The translations under genes and the position numbers were made by a program. A DNA stretch of 64,000 bases from an uncultured virus (IMG/VR IMGVR_UViG_2541047086_000003) (taxonomy: Duplodnaviria; Heunggongvirae; Uroviricota; Caudoviricetes). The number at the start of each line of letters is the position of its first letter. Position 1 is the stretch's first letter. Below the pieces are notes generated by a model. It was given only the letters and a program-made list of their open reading frames with translations. It was not told the origin of the DNA and searched no databases. Below, piece by piece: positions 28,467-39,128 of this stretch. The stretch is from the IMG/VR virus record IMGVR_UViG_2541047086_000003, positions 62,001-126,000 of that record. The stretch is one strand, 5' to 3'.

Positions 28467-29654
28467 ATGACAGCTATTTTAGATACTGTTTTACAGCGAG
28501 AAAAAGACGAATCGTTCACTGATTATCATATTAGGCTTTTCAAGAACAAAGACACTTATCACATTGACACAAAAACAATTGCTGCACTATTAAATAAAGA
28601 TCAGGGAACCAACTATGATGAAAGCAAATGGCGTAAAGACTTTAAACAATTTGAGCGCTGGCACGATTACTTTATCTCAAAGAATATGAACAAAGAAGTT
28701 CAACAAAAACATGAAGAAATTCGCATTGAATCCGAAAAACAAACAATCAAAGCACGAGATCAAAAAAGAGAATATCGGAAATTCATTGCCAATCAAGCAC
28801 GGTTTGAACAAATTAAAGATGATGTCGTACAAGCTATTGCATCTCTAGAGTCAAAAAGACCCCTTCGCTTTACTTTCCCATCACCTGCTATTGATGAAAA
28901 ACATGGACTCGCGCTATTCAGTGATTGGCACTTCGGAATGGAAATCGACAACCGTATTAATAAATTCAATAAAGAAATTTTTAATGAGCGTGTGGAACAT
29001 CTCACCAACAAAGTGATTGAGTACGGTAAACAGAATCATATATCCACACTACATGTAGCAAATCTCGGCGATCTAATCGGAGGGCTTATTCATGTGTCTA
29101 CAAGAGTTCAAGCTAATGAAGATGCTGTAGAACAAATTAAATATGTATCAGAAACGCTTGCTGAGGTTTTAGCGATGTTGGCAAGTGAGTTTCAAGAGGT
29201 TAAGTTCTACAACGTGGCAGGAAATCACGGTCGTCTCTCCCCTTCTAAGAATGATGTGGGGATCAAAGAAAACTTTGAATACCTCATTAATTGGTATCTT
29301 GAAGCCAGATTGAAGAATATAAAGAACATCTCAATTGAACCTGAGCAAGACGGATTCATCCCCGCTAAAATCAACAATCAGGAAGTCGTGTTTGTGCACG
29401 GCCACTACGATCGTGTTGATCAGTGTGTAACACGATTACCTCAATTACTTGGCTACATCCCTTCTTACATATTCGGCGGTCATATTCATCACAATTATGA
29501 AAAAGAGTACGGCAGCACAACAGTTGTAGTAAATGGAGCGCTTGTCGGTGCGGATGATTATGCTATGCAAGGTCGGTTTGGCACAAAACCTTCTCAAAAA
29601 TTTATGGTTTTTGATGATGCAGGTATTGAGGCTACATACATAATTCGCTTTTAA
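28467..29654 (+). CDS. yonJ: YonJ calcineurin-like metallophosphoesterase
   Basis: SDWH, LGD, GNHG, HGH and GHIH motifs. Confidence 0.85.
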   Translation: MTAILDTVLQREKDESFTDYHIRLFKNKDTYHIDTKTIAALLNKDQGTNYDESKWRKDFKQFERWHDYFISKNMNKEVQQKHEEIRIESEKQTIKARDQKREYRKFIANQARFEQIKDDVVQAIASLESKRPLRFTFPSPAIDEKHGLALFSDWHFGMEIDNRINKFNKEIFNERVEHLTNKVIEYGKQNHISTLHVANLGDLIGGLIHVSTRVQANEDAVEQIKYVSETLAEVLAMLASEFQEVKFYNVAGNHGRLSPSKNDVGIKENFEYLINWYLEARLKNIKNISIEPEQDGFIPAKINNQEVVFVHGHYDRVDQCVTRLPQLLGYIPSYIFGGHIHHNYEKEYGSTTVVVNGALVGADDYAMQGRFGTKPSQKFMVFDDAGIEATYIIRF

Positions 29655-29814
29655 AATAAAAAGTTAAAGGAATGATCCTATGTCTGCCAATGAATTTATT
29701 GAAATATTAGTAGAACAGTGGGACAACCTGTCCCCTGAAAGCAAGAGCACTCTAGTAAATTTGATTGTTAATTGATATAAAACTTTAATTTTATACAGAT
29801 GAGGATGATGAGGA

Positions 29815-30294
29815 ATGAAAATGACGAATGAAGACTTTAAATATTTAAACAGGCATTTTGAACAGCTTATTAAATTAAGAGAATCTGGCTATAAATGTGA
29901 TTTTGAGATTAGAACTGTCTTAGATAAATTGCATGAAAAAATGGGTCTTGCGCAAAAAGCAACTATCGGAACATGTTCAATGCCTGGAATTAGTATAAAA
30001 GAACCGTCCGTTACTACTTCACAAGGAGTAGTTAATTATTCACCAGCATTTGGGTCATCTAAAGGTGGTACCACCTTAAACAGTCAGAAAGATAAACCTA
30101 AGCTATTGATTCTTGGTGAGCCCAGTTTGCTTTTTGAATTTTTCAAAGCATATATTGTACCTGAATCAACTGTTGTAAGATGCAATGCAAGTCGAGATCA
30201 AGCTCAGATAATTGCAGAGGAAATTGAGATAACTTTTTTGAAGAAGACGACCTCTACTAGGGGAATGAGATATGATTATAAATTATCTATGTAA
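29815..30294 (+). CDS. YonH-like hypothetical protein
   Basis: 159 aa; syntenic position. Confidence 0.65.
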   Translation: MKMTNEDFKYLNRHFEQLIKLRESGYKCDFEIRTVLDKLHEKMGLAQKATIGTCSMPGISIKEPSVTTSQGVVNYSPAFGSSKGGTTLNSQKDKPKLLILGEPSLLFEFFKAYIVPESTVVRCNASRDQAQIIAEEIEITFLKKTTSTRGMRYDYKLSM

Positions 30295-30402
30295 TTAAAA
30301 CACATTTTAAGAGCGCCCAGTGATGATTGAAGTCTCCCCTACTTCTCTTTTGCTGGGCGTTTTATAAAACGTGTTTTTTAAAATTATATTGGAGGTGTAT
30401 GA

Positions 30403-31410
30403 ATGCCTAGAAAAGCTAAAGAAAAGGAAAAATTGATCTGTGCTGCTTGTCAAAAAGAAAAGGACAAAGAGTCAGGGTTCTATAATTCACGAAGCAGTCT
30501 GTATGAGAAGACTGGAAAAGTCCCTATTTGTAAGACTTGCTTGAAGAAAAACATTGATTACAACAATATTGAATCAATATATACAGTCTTACAACAGATT
30601 GATGTTAAATTTGATCCGTTGTATTGGGAACAAGCTGAAAAGAGAAAAACAGATACATTTAGCGCTTATATGACAATGGCTAATTCCTTGAAGCAATTTA
30701 ACGGTACTGGTTATAAAGACAGTGTTTTTGAAAGACAACCAGAGAATCCACTTATAGAGGAATCTACGCCTACAAACAATTCTGGTGTTAGCCAACCTGA
30801 AATTTCAGATGACCTGATTGATAAATGGGGAATTGGTTACACACCCGATGAGTACCGTCAGTTTGAAAGAAAATACAATAAACTCATTCGAAATTACGGC
30901 GAAAAAACCACACTTCATACTGAAGGCTTGCTTTCATATATTCGTTTTCGTGTAAAAGAGGAGCTAGCAACTGCTAAAGGTGATGTAAAAGAAGCTAAAG
31001 AATGGGGTTCATTAGCTTCAAAGGCAGCTACAGATGCAAAAATTAATGTATCTCAGTTAAGTAAGAGCGATATCAGTGGTGGAGTCGATGTACTTTCTCA
31101 ATTATTTGAAGCCGTTGAAACAGAATTGGGCATTATCCCCCTTCTCCCTCGTTTAGCAGCCCAACCATATGATGACGCTGATCTAATCATTTGGGCGATT
31201 ATAAATTATTACAGAAGGCTCGAAGATAAGGAAAAAGTCGATTACAAAGACATTTACCACTTTTATGATGAAATGCTTGAAGAGGACTTCAAATCAAAAG
31301 GATTGTCGCCTGAAGAAATTGATAAACTAAAGAGTGCTCGCAACAATGTTTTCAGAGACTTGGAGAATGTGTACAAAGAACCTCTTTATGACACAGGTGA
31401 TGAAGATTAA
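30403..31410 (+). CDS. yonG: Putative terminase small subunit (YonG-like)
   Basis: N-terminal CAAC/CKTC zinc finger; stop overlaps the terL start. Confidence 0.65.
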   Translation: MPRKAKEKEKLICAACQKEKDKESGFYNSRSSLYEKTGKVPICKTCLKKNIDYNNIESIYTVLQQIDVKFDPLYWEQAEKRKTDTFSAYMTMANSLKQFNGTGYKDSVFERQPENPLIEESTPTNNSGVSQPEISDDLIDKWGIGYTPDEYRQFERKYNKLIRNYGEKTTLHTEGLLSYIRFRVKEELATAKGDVKEAKEWGSLASKAATDAKINVSQLSKSDISGGVDVLSQLFEAVETELGIIPLLPRLAAQPYDDADLIIWAIINYYRRLEDKEKVDYKDIYHFYDEMLEEDFKSKGLSPEEIDKLKSARNNVFRDLENVYKEPLYDTGDED

Positions 31411-33158
31411 TGGCTAGTTATAAAAACTTCACCTCGAAAAACAAGAAGCACACAAAAGACAGAACAGATATTTACGACGCAGCTTTTGAAACCCCTCTGA
31501 ATCCCGATGACAATTCAAACCTCATTGGCAAGAATATCTCCAAGTGGGCTGAGTTCACCTCATTTATTCGTTTTTATCCAGACATTTTTTACGATATGTT
31601 GAAACCCGAAGTCGGCGGAATTGAGCTGGATTTATACCAAAGAGTTATGATGAGAACACTCAGTCGCTTCCCACAGAACTACTTCTGTATTCCACGTGGC
31701 GGATCAAAAACGCTTACCCAGATCATGGTTGCTTACCATACAGCTATTTGCTTCCCTAATGTAACATTAGCCATTACCGCTTCCACAAAGGAATCGGCGG
31801 TAAAAATATGGAAAGAAAAGCACGAGGAAATTTTAAGGTTTTACCCTTCCATTAAAGATGAAATCAAGAGTGAAAACTTTTCAAAAGACAGTGGGCGAGT
31901 TGAATTTCAAAACGGGGCGATCATCGATAACCTGGCAAACGCCCAATCCTCTAAGGGTTTACGTAGAAGACGTGGCTCCTTAGAGGAATCTGCCTTGATT
32001 GATAAAGATTTATACGATGATGCTATCGAGCCGATTTTTAACATCCCTCGTACAACCATGACTGGCGAAATTGATCCCGCTGAATTAAATGGTCAGATTA
32101 ACCGATTCTCTACATCTGGATACAAAAACTCAGATGAGTACGAAAAAATCCTTACGATGGTTAAGGAAACTGGTGATCTTAAAGGATCCTTTGTATTCGG
32201 ATCAGATTGGCGCATTCCTATTCACTTTGGCCGTCAAAAAATGTCTGTTATTAATAAAGCAAGACAAGGGAATGTAACTCGATTCCGTCAGAACTATCTT
32301 TGTGATTGGATTGGCGCAAGTGACGGTGCTTTAATTAATATCAGTAAATTGATCAAAGCTAGGACAATTACCCACCCCGAACTTTCTTGTCCTAGAGATA
32401 AAAATAAGAACTTCTTGCTACATGAATATGTAATCGGGGTTGACGTAGCCCGCTCTGCAGCTGAATCAAACAATAAAACAGCTATCGTCGTTTTGAAGAT
32501 TATCAGAAACAGCAACAACCTCATTAGACAAGTTCAAGTAGTCAATATCATAGAGCCGCCAAACGGATTGAGTTTTAAAGAACAATCAATCATGGTAAAA
32601 AGAGTTTTCAAAAACTATGGAGGAAATCAAGATACTTCCCTCTCGAGAGTTAAAGCTGTTATTGTCGATGGAAACGGAGTCGGTGGCGGTTTAATCGACC
32701 GGTTATTAGAGGATGTTACGGATCCGGAGACCAATGAAGAACTTGGATGCTGGGCTACAATAAACACTGATCAAAAGCCAGATGTCCCAAATTCGCCGGA
32801 AATCGTTTACAACCTAAAATCCCAAGGTATTAACCAAGACATTATTACTCAATTCCTGGATTATGTAGAGTCCGGAAAATTGAAGTTGCTAAAGTCCTAT
32901 GATGACATCAAGAACCAAAAAAGCATATCTGATGATGTAATGATTGAAGCAGCATGTATTCAAACTCAATTATTCATTGACGAAGTTGCAAACCTCAGAA
33001 TTAAAAAGACACAGAATTCTTTCACTGTTGAGCAAGTTGTAAAAAGAATTGATAAGGATAGGTACAGTGCAATTGCTTATGCGCTGTATTACATAGCTTT
33101 ATTTTTAGAAAAGGAAGAATCCGATGATGAGTATTCATTTGGATTCTTTTTTAATTAG
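31410..33158 (+). CDS. yonF: Terminase large subunit
   Basis: PRGGSKT Walker A, LEES Walker B, GVDVAR nuclease motif, DGNGVG, KDRYSA. Confidence 0.92.
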   Translation: MASYKNFTSKNKKHTKDRTDIYDAAFETPLNPDDNSNLIGKNISKWAEFTSFIRFYPDIFYDMLKPEVGGIELDLYQRVMMRTLSRFPQNYFCIPRGGSKTLTQIMVAYHTAICFPNVTLAITASTKESAVKIWKEKHEEILRFYPSIKDEIKSENFSKDSGRVEFQNGAIIDNLANAQSSKGLRRRRGSLEESALIDKDLYDDAIEPIFNIPRTTMTGEIDPAELNGQINRFSTSGYKNSDEYEKILTMVKETGDLKGSFVFGSDWRIPIHFGRQKMSVINKARQGNVTRFRQNYLCDWIGASDGALINISKLIKARTITHPELSCPRDKNKNFLLHEYVIGVDVARSAAESNNKTAIVVLKIIRNSNNLIRQVQVVNIIEPPNGLSFKEQSIMVKRVFKNYGGNQDTSLSRVKAVIVDGNGVGGGLIDRLLEDVTDPETNEELGCWATINTDQKPDVPNSPEIVYNLKSQGINQDIITQFLDYVESGKLKLLKSYDDIKNQKSISDDVMIEAACIQTQLFIDEVANLRIKKTQNSFTVEQVVKRIDKDRYSAIAYALYYIALFLEKEESDDEYSFGFFFN

Positions 33159-33176
33159 AAAATGAGGAGGTGAATA

Positions 33177-34718
33177 ATGACTACACCTGAACCACAGTCA
33201 TCATATGAATTTAATACAAATTTAGCGCCGCTTGATTCGTTGTTCTTTAATGATTTATTTAACGGCATTTCTTACGACAAAGTTAAATCATGGCTGAAAG
33301 ACCACAACGTTTACAATAAACAGATTAGGGATGCCTCTAAATTGCTTTATAACGCAAATGGTGTGTATAGAAACGTTATTGACTACATGGTAGCCCTCCC
33401 TACTTTAGACAGAGTTATTTTGGGAGCAAGTAAAGTAGCTGATTTCAAATTGAACAAACAAAAGTTCAATCTGGCTTTAAGGAAAATCAGCGACAAAAGT
33501 GTTGTCAGGGATGCATTAGGAAAACTCAGCAAATATGGCACTGGTTTTTATTATTTTGATTCTGTAGCCAATGATTCTTTTCCCACCACTCTAAGTGACA
33601 ATGAGATCGGATCAATAAGTGAATCAAATGCTATTGATGACTTTAATTGTTCCGTCCTCCCCCTTCCCCTCGATTATTGCAAAATTATCGGCAGGAAAAA
33701 TTCCTCTTATCAGTTAGCCTTTGATGTCTCCTATTTTGACAAGTTCACAAGTAACGGGAGATCGCTCAAGCTTAGGCGATGGCCAGAAGAAATCAGACAA
33801 GGCTATAGGGCTTATAAGAAAGACCAAAATCGAAAATGGTTAGTTCTTGATAACAATAAGACTATTGCTGTTAAAGGAAGTAGCGACATTGAAGATCAAT
33901 GGGGACGCCCAATCGGTTTATCCGCATTTATTGATATGGTTTATGATGAATACTTTGTTGACACTAAACGAAACATTTTAGATGAGCTCAACAGCACTTT
34001 AATTTATCAGACTTTCCCTGAAGGTGATCAAAAAGGCAAATCAGCCTTATCTCAAAAGCAACAGGAGCAGCAACATGAGAATATAAAAAAAGCGTTAGTT
34101 GCTAAAGGAAGCGTTAAAGGTGTTAAGTTCTTCTCTTTGGCCTCTGGAACAAAATTAGACAAGTTGGAAACTAATGTAGATTTCTTGAAGGTTAAAGGTG
34201 AAGACGAGCTCATTAAACGAATCACTACAAATTTAGGATTTGCTGGATCTGCTCTCAATGGTCAAGACGGTAACTACTCTTCTCAACAAACCAATATCGA
34301 GATGGTTTCTTCCCAAATATTCTCCTGGTTAGAACAAATTCAAAGTGAGTTTAACAAGGTGATAAACGCCAATATCATCAAAGATCCTCGCTCTTATATT
34401 GAGGTTTACTACCTCCCTCTTACACACGTTAACAGGAAAGAAAAAGTCCAAAACATGAAAGACCTTTATACAAGTGGTCGAGGTAGCCTTATTGCTTGGA
34501 TAGCCGCTACTGGATGGAATCCTGATGCTTACTTATCCCTAATGGAATATGAAAAAGACGAAGGTTTTGATGAAAAATTCCCTGTTCATGCGACCTCTTT
34601 CACAATGAGTAAGAATAACGATAAGTCAGCTGGCGCGCCTGAGATCGATAATCCCAAAAATGAAAACACGATTAAATCGAAGACAAATAACAGTAACGGA
34701 ACGCCTTCTGGCTCTTGA
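33177..34718 (+). CDS. yonE: Portal protein
   Basis: 513 aa directly after terL. Confidence 0.8.
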   Translation: MTTPEPQSSYEFNTNLAPLDSLFFNDLFNGISYDKVKSWLKDHNVYNKQIRDASKLLYNANGVYRNVIDYMVALPTLDRVILGASKVADFKLNKQKFNLALRKISDKSVVRDALGKLSKYGTGFYYFDSVANDSFPTTLSDNEIGSISESNAIDDFNCSVLPLPLDYCKIIGRKNSSYQLAFDVSYFDKFTSNGRSLKLRRWPEEIRQGYRAYKKDQNRKWLVLDNNKTIAVKGSSDIEDQWGRPIGLSAFIDMVYDEYFVDTKRNILDELNSTLIYQTFPEGDQKGKSALSQKQQEQQHENIKKALVAKGSVKGVKFFSLASGTKLDKLETNVDFLKVKGEDELIKRITTNLGFAGSALNGQDGNYSSQQTNIEMVSSQIFSWLEQIQSEFNKVINANIIKDPRSYIEVYYLPLTHVNRKEKVQNMKDLYTSGRGSLIAWIAATGWNPDAYLSLMEYEKDEGFDEKFPVHATSFTMSKNNDKSAGAPEIDNPKNENTIKSKTNNSNGTPSGS

Positions 34719-34735
34719 GAGGAGGTGATTAATAT

Positions 34736-35890
34736 TTGAAAAGCACGATTTTAGAAATTAATAATCAGAAAAAAACCAGTGGTCAAACATACATCAAGTG
34801 GGTCGTTCTTGAAATTCATGAAAACAATACTCAGTTTAACAAGAACGGTATTACCTGGCTGGAGAAATACATAAACGCTAACCTTGAATCAATCAAGTTA
34901 ATGCCAATTTGCGCAGAATTCTTGGATGATGAAAACAGTGAGCCATTCGGACACGGTTTAACAGAAGTCAAGGACGGCACCCCTCTCTTTGAAAACAGCG
35001 CAGTGGTTGGTACGACTACTAATGCTTACATTGACACTATAGATGTTAATGGCGAGCCAAAAAGAGTGTTAATAGCTGAAGGCTTCCTATACAACCAGCG
35101 CTATCCTAAATTTGTTCAATGGTTAAAATCAAAAATGTTTGATGGTGATTTCCCTGAGACCTCGGTTGAAATAGCAGCTGTAGAAGGCTCAGATGCAATT
35201 GAATATGAAGGTGGCTGGAAAGAGCAAGGGCGTATACCTATGAAGTTTGACTTTACAGGTGATGCAATTTTAGGTATCGATCCTGCAGACGACGCTGCCA
35301 TTTTACTTGAATTAAACAGTAACAAAAAGGAGGATAATTTAATGCCAAAATCTCAAGAAGAAGTAGTCCTTGAGTTAAACAACAAACTTGATAATAAGAA
35401 TAAAGAAATTGGAGAGTTAAATCAAAAAGTTGAGAAACTCACTGAGGATTTAAAGCAAAAAACTGAAGAACTGAATGCCGCTGTTAAAGCTGCAAAGGAT
35501 GAAAAAGCTAAGGCTGATGCAAAAGAAAAAGAAGCGCAAAAAGCTAAGGATGAAAAAGCCAAGGCAGATGAAGAGCTTAATTCTTTAAAGGAATTCAAAA
35601 ACAAGGCGGTAGCCGAAAAGATGCAAGGAGAGCTTAACCAAGCTTTAAAGGAATATTCTCCTGAAGAAAAGGATGTCGCAAAAGAGAAAATTGAAATGTT
35701 CTCTAAGTCCCCTTCTGTCGAGCTTAAAAACGAAATTATTTCTGAAATCAACTCAGCAATCGCTCGATCCTTCATCGCTGAACGCTCAAAGAAGCAAGCC
35801 TCTGAGACTAATAGCACAAATTTCGATATTTATTCAGAAGTTCGTGATTCTGGGCAACAAAGTTCAGTGACTATTGATGATCTTTATTAA
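34736..35890 (+). CDS. yonD: Prohead protease/scaffold protein
   Basis: N-terminal domain with SVEI motif; C-terminal coiled coil with AKDEKAKAD repeats. Confidence 0.75.
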   Translation: MKSTILEINNQKKTSGQTYIKWVVLEIHENNTQFNKNGITWLEKYINANLESIKLMPICAEFLDDENSEPFGHGLTEVKDGTPLFENSAVVGTTTNAYIDTIDVNGEPKRVLIAEGFLYNQRYPKFVQWLKSKMFDGDFPETSVEIAAVEGSDAIEYEGGWKEQGRIPMKFDFTGDAILGIDPADDAAILLELNSNKKEDNLMPKSQEEVVLELNNKLDNKNKEIGELNQKVEKLTEDLKQKTEELNAAVKAAKDEKAKADAKEKEAQKAKDEKAKADEELNSLKEFKNKAVAEKMQGELNQALKEYSPEEKDVAKEKIEMFSKSPSVELKNEIISEINSAIARSFIAERSKKQASETNSTNFDIYSEVRDSGQQSSVTIDDLY

Positions 35891-35930
35891 GATAAAATAA
35901 CACTTTTATAAAATTTAGGAGGAATACTCA

Positions 35931-36395
35931 ATGTTCAAATTCGGAACAATTGGTGCTTATAAACAAGTACGAAATAATCCACGCTGCAAGGCTAGTGTCG
36001 ATTTAGTCCCTGGTCTAGTCGTAATTCCTAACGATTCTTCTGGTAACGCATTCCCTCCAGGTGCATCTTCAACTGCAAAAGGAGATGTGTATGTGGTTGG
36101 AAACATTATTGATAAACCTGAAATTCGCAATAAAGAAGACTTCAAAGTTCTAAAAGGTGAATATGTCCTTGCATTTAATTTAGCAGACTTAAAAGGACTG
36201 CCAATTGAACTCAGCTCAGACGTGGTAGTTGATTATGATGCGCTTGTTAAAGATGACGTATTGGTTCCTGCTGCGGACAAAACAGGTAAATGGGTTAAAG
36301 CTGGCGATGACGTTGCGGAGTTTAAAGTATCTCTAAAAGTCTTAGAGAAAAATACATTTGGCGGAAAAGGTTTGTACCTAACAGTACAGGCTTAA
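35931..36395 (+). CDS. yonC: Putative head decoration protein
   Basis: 154 aa between scaffold and capsid genes. Confidence 0.6.
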   Translation: MFKFGTIGAYKQVRNNPRCKASVDLVPGLVVIPNDSSGNAFPPGASSTAKGDVYVVGNIIDKPEIRNKEDFKVLKGEYVLAFNLADLKGLPIELSSDVVVDYDALVKDDVLVPAADKTGKWVKAGDDVAEFKVSLKVLEKNTFGGKGLYLTVQA

Positions 36396-36419
36396 TTAAT
36401 ATTCTGGAGGTAATTATTA

Positions 36420-37526
36420 ATGTTTACAGTTGAATTAAACAATGTTCAAAAAGACTCAAACCATTATGCAAATGCTAAATTGAATGCTAAGTCCCCTATT
36501 GTAGAAATCTTTTCTGCAGCTGCAACGGGTCAAGATCTTTCCAAGTTTGGAGCAAAAGCCAATGCTGCTATGACCCATGTGAAGGAACTAGCTTCCAAAG
36601 CTCTTATGGGCAACCCTGTAGCTAAAGCCGAGATCAACACAATTGTGCGTTATGCCATTGAGCCTAAGCTTATTTCAGCAATTAAGCTATTTGATTTTAT
36701 GGGCACATTTAGAACTATTGGCTATGATCAGCAACCAATGATGACAACATACGCGCATGAATCCATCCGAAGCCAATTCCAAGCTTCCCGCGGTGACGTA
36801 CCGTTCGCTACTACAACTTGGAGCGAATATCCAATTGGAACTCAAACCATTTCTTCTGGCTATGCTGTTAACTATCGTGAGATTCAAAGTGGAAACCTCG
36901 ATAAAGTAGCAGAAGGCATGGAGCAAGTTCAAACAGATATGATGAACAAAGCAATGTACTATGTTGTAAATGAAATGTTCAATGCAATTAAAAATGCAAC
37001 AGGCGTTAAATACTTTGCTGAAACTGAAGGTATCACCAAATCATCTGTAGACGATATTATCACAAAGATTCGCCGATTTGGACAACCTTCTATTGTTGGT
37101 GACTTTTCTGTTGTTTCTCAGTTAAATGACTTTGCAGGGTTTCAGGCTGTAGCCGGAGATGCTTCAAGCACTAAGCTCCCTCAATCTGTGATGGATGAGA
37201 TCCGAAGAACAGGATTGCTTAACACTTATAAAGGTTCTTCTGTTGTAGAATTACCTAACGCTTATAATCTTACTGAATTAAATAAAGCCGGCGACAACTT
37301 CAAAACATATCTTCCTGAAGGACTTCTTTTCTTCGTTCCTCAAGGTAAAAAATCCCCTCTTCAAGTATTCCAAAAAGGCGGACTTACTTCAATGAATGGT
37401 AACGACATTATTACTGGAACAGAGATTACTCGTTTTGATATGGAAATTGGGGCTGGTGTAGCAAAAGGACAAGAACATCAAATTGGTCTCATCAGAGACA
37501 CAAAATATGAATTACCACAAATTTAA
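36420..37526 (+). CDS. yonB: Major capsid protein
   Basis: 368 aa, position in head module, followed by a terminator. Confidence 0.8.
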   Translation: MFTVELNNVQKDSNHYANAKLNAKSPIVEIFSAAATGQDLSKFGAKANAAMTHVKELASKALMGNPVAKAEINTIVRYAIEPKLISAIKLFDFMGTFRTIGYDQQPMMTTYAHESIRSQFQASRGDVPFATTTWSEYPIGTQTISSGYAVNYREIQSGNLDKVAEGMEQVQTDMMNKAMYYVVNEMFNAIKNATGVKYFAETEGITKSSVDDIITKIRRFGQPSIVGDFSVVSQLNDFAGFQAVAGDASSTKLPQSVMDEIRRTGLLNTYKGSSVVELPNAYNLTELNKAGDNFKTYLPEGLLFFVPQGKKSPLQVFQKGGLTSMNGNDIITGTEITRFDMEIGAGVAKGQEHQIGLIRDTKYELPQI

Positions 37527-37540
37527 ACAATTTAAAATCT

Positions 37541-37569
37541 AGGAGGGCTGTGTCCCTCCTTTTATTTTT
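37541..37569 (+). terminator. Rho-independent terminator after the capsid gene
   Basis: AGGAGGGC-loop-GTCCCTCCT followed by TTTATTTTT. Confidence 0.75.
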
Positions 37570-37580
37570 GGAGGGATTAC

Positions 37581-38054
37581 ATGTCTTTTAATTTAGATAA
37601 AAAGATCACAATTAAAAACCTATGTCCATGGGATTTATATTTCCGAAAGATTGACACTCACGGAGACTTCAGATTGCCAGCCAATGGGATTAGACAGATT
37701 ACAGCTGGAGAAGTGCAATCCCAAGTCTATGACAATACCTCGCTATTCACTGGAACTGACGGTCAAGGTACTCATGCCAAAATCTATATTGATGACAAAG
37801 AAACCCGTGTACACTTAGGTTTTGAGACTGATGATAAAGACGATAAGCAAGAAGTTGTTACTGTAGAACGGATTAAACAAATCTTGGGGTATAAAACACA
37901 AAAAGCCTTCGAAGAAAATGTTCAAAAAGAAATTTTACTTGAGTCTGAAAAAGCTCAGCTGTTTGATGTGGCTAAAAAAGAAAAGATTAATGACTACGCT
38001 AAGATTAAGTTCATTGAAGAATACACTGGATTTAAATTTGATACTCAATCATAA
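37581..38054 (+). CDS. yonA: YonA-like morphogenesis protein
   Basis: 157 aa, synteny. Confidence 0.65.
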   Translation: MSFNLDKKITIKNLCPWDLYFRKIDTHGDFRLPANGIRQITAGEVQSQVYDNTSLFTGTDGQGTHAKIYIDDKETRVHLGFETDDKDDKQEVVTVERIKQILGYKTQKAFEENVQKEILLESEKAQLFDVAKKEKINDYAKIKFIEEYTGFKFDTQS

Positions 38055-38066
38055 GGGGGTTAAATC

Positions 38067-38453
38067 TTGACTACCTATGATGAAATCATAAACGTTTTCC
38101 ATTCAAAGTTTCAGTCAAATGAAATATTACCAGATGGACTTGAGTATCAGTTTTTCAAGAACGCTATTGGTGAATATGAAACAGATTTAACTGAACTGGG
38201 TTTTGATAAAGAAACAAAAGATTTTAAAGAACCCCTCTCCCCTGCTCAAATTCAAATTTTAGGAAGACTCATGTACAAAGATTATTTAGGAAGATATCGA
38301 GACAGAGCCTTAAAATTAAACAACATTGTAGGAAGAGATATTCAATTGACAGGTTTATCTAATACTAAAGCTCAGGTTAATAGATCCTATGAAGATCTTG
38401 TCGATGAGATTGAAAAAAAAATGAGCAAACTAAAAGTGAATAATTTTGATTGA
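38067..38453 (+). CDS. yomZ: Putative head-tail adaptor (YomZ-like)
   Basis: 128 aa, synteny. Confidence 0.6.
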   Translation: MTTYDEIINVFHSKFQSNEILPDGLEYQFFKNAIGEYETDLTELGFDKETKDFKEPLSPAQIQILGRLMYKDYLGRYRDRALKLNNIVGRDIQLTGLSNTKAQVNRSYEDLVDEIEKKMSKLKVNNFD

Positions 38454-38462
38454 GGTGGTTCG

Positions 38463-39128
38463 GTGTCTGTAGATTGGTATCTTACCTCTTCTTCAAATTA
38501 TTTGAGTGGCTGGGAAAATGAAGAGTTTAATTCAAACAAGTATGAAATTTTCAAAGAAATCTTAGCAAATTCACCTGAAACTTACGATATTAAATTGAAT
38601 GGCAAGCCTGCACAGGTAATAATTCAAACCACTCAGGACAGTGAAACAAAAAAAGTCCTTACAGTTTTAGGTTTATTAAATCGTGGTGACTTGATTTTGT
38701 ATGACGGTAGTTACTGGTTAGTTAATTCACGCCCTACCGATAACAAAATGAATGACAGTGCTACTATGCGGCTTTGTAATTCATCAATTAGTCTAACATC
38801 TTCTGACAAACTAATTGATTCCGGAAAGATCGATGAAGTTACAGGGAGACCGATAAAGATTAAAGTGCCTGGTGAGAAGGTTGACATCCCGTGTGTTTTA
38901 GAACGGACAACCTCAACAATTGGATCAGAATTGGCTATAAATATTCCTGAAGGGCAAGCACATGTCACCATCCCCTTTTTAAAACATGAAAAATTAAAGA
39001 AGGGTCTTTTTCTTTCTTTTTATGGTGAGGAATTCCGTGTTGATGATATAGACTATTCCAAGGTCTATGGAGACACCGGAACAATTAGACTTATAGCCAA
39101 AAAGAAAGTTGGAGGTGATAGTGAATGA
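38463..39128 (+). CDS. yomX: Putative head closure protein (YomX-like)
   Basis: 221 aa, synteny. Confidence 0.6.
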   Translation: MSVDWYLTSSSNYLSGWENEEFNSNKYEIFKEILANSPETYDIKLNGKPAQVIIQTTQDSETKKVLTVLGLLNRGDLILYDGSYWLVNSRPTDNKMNDSATMRLCNSSISLTSSDKLIDSGKIDEVTGRPIKIKVPGEKVDIPCVLERTTSTIGSELAINIPEGQAHVTIPFLKHEKLKKGLFLSFYGEEFRVDDIDYSKVYGDTGTIRLIAKKKVGGDSE

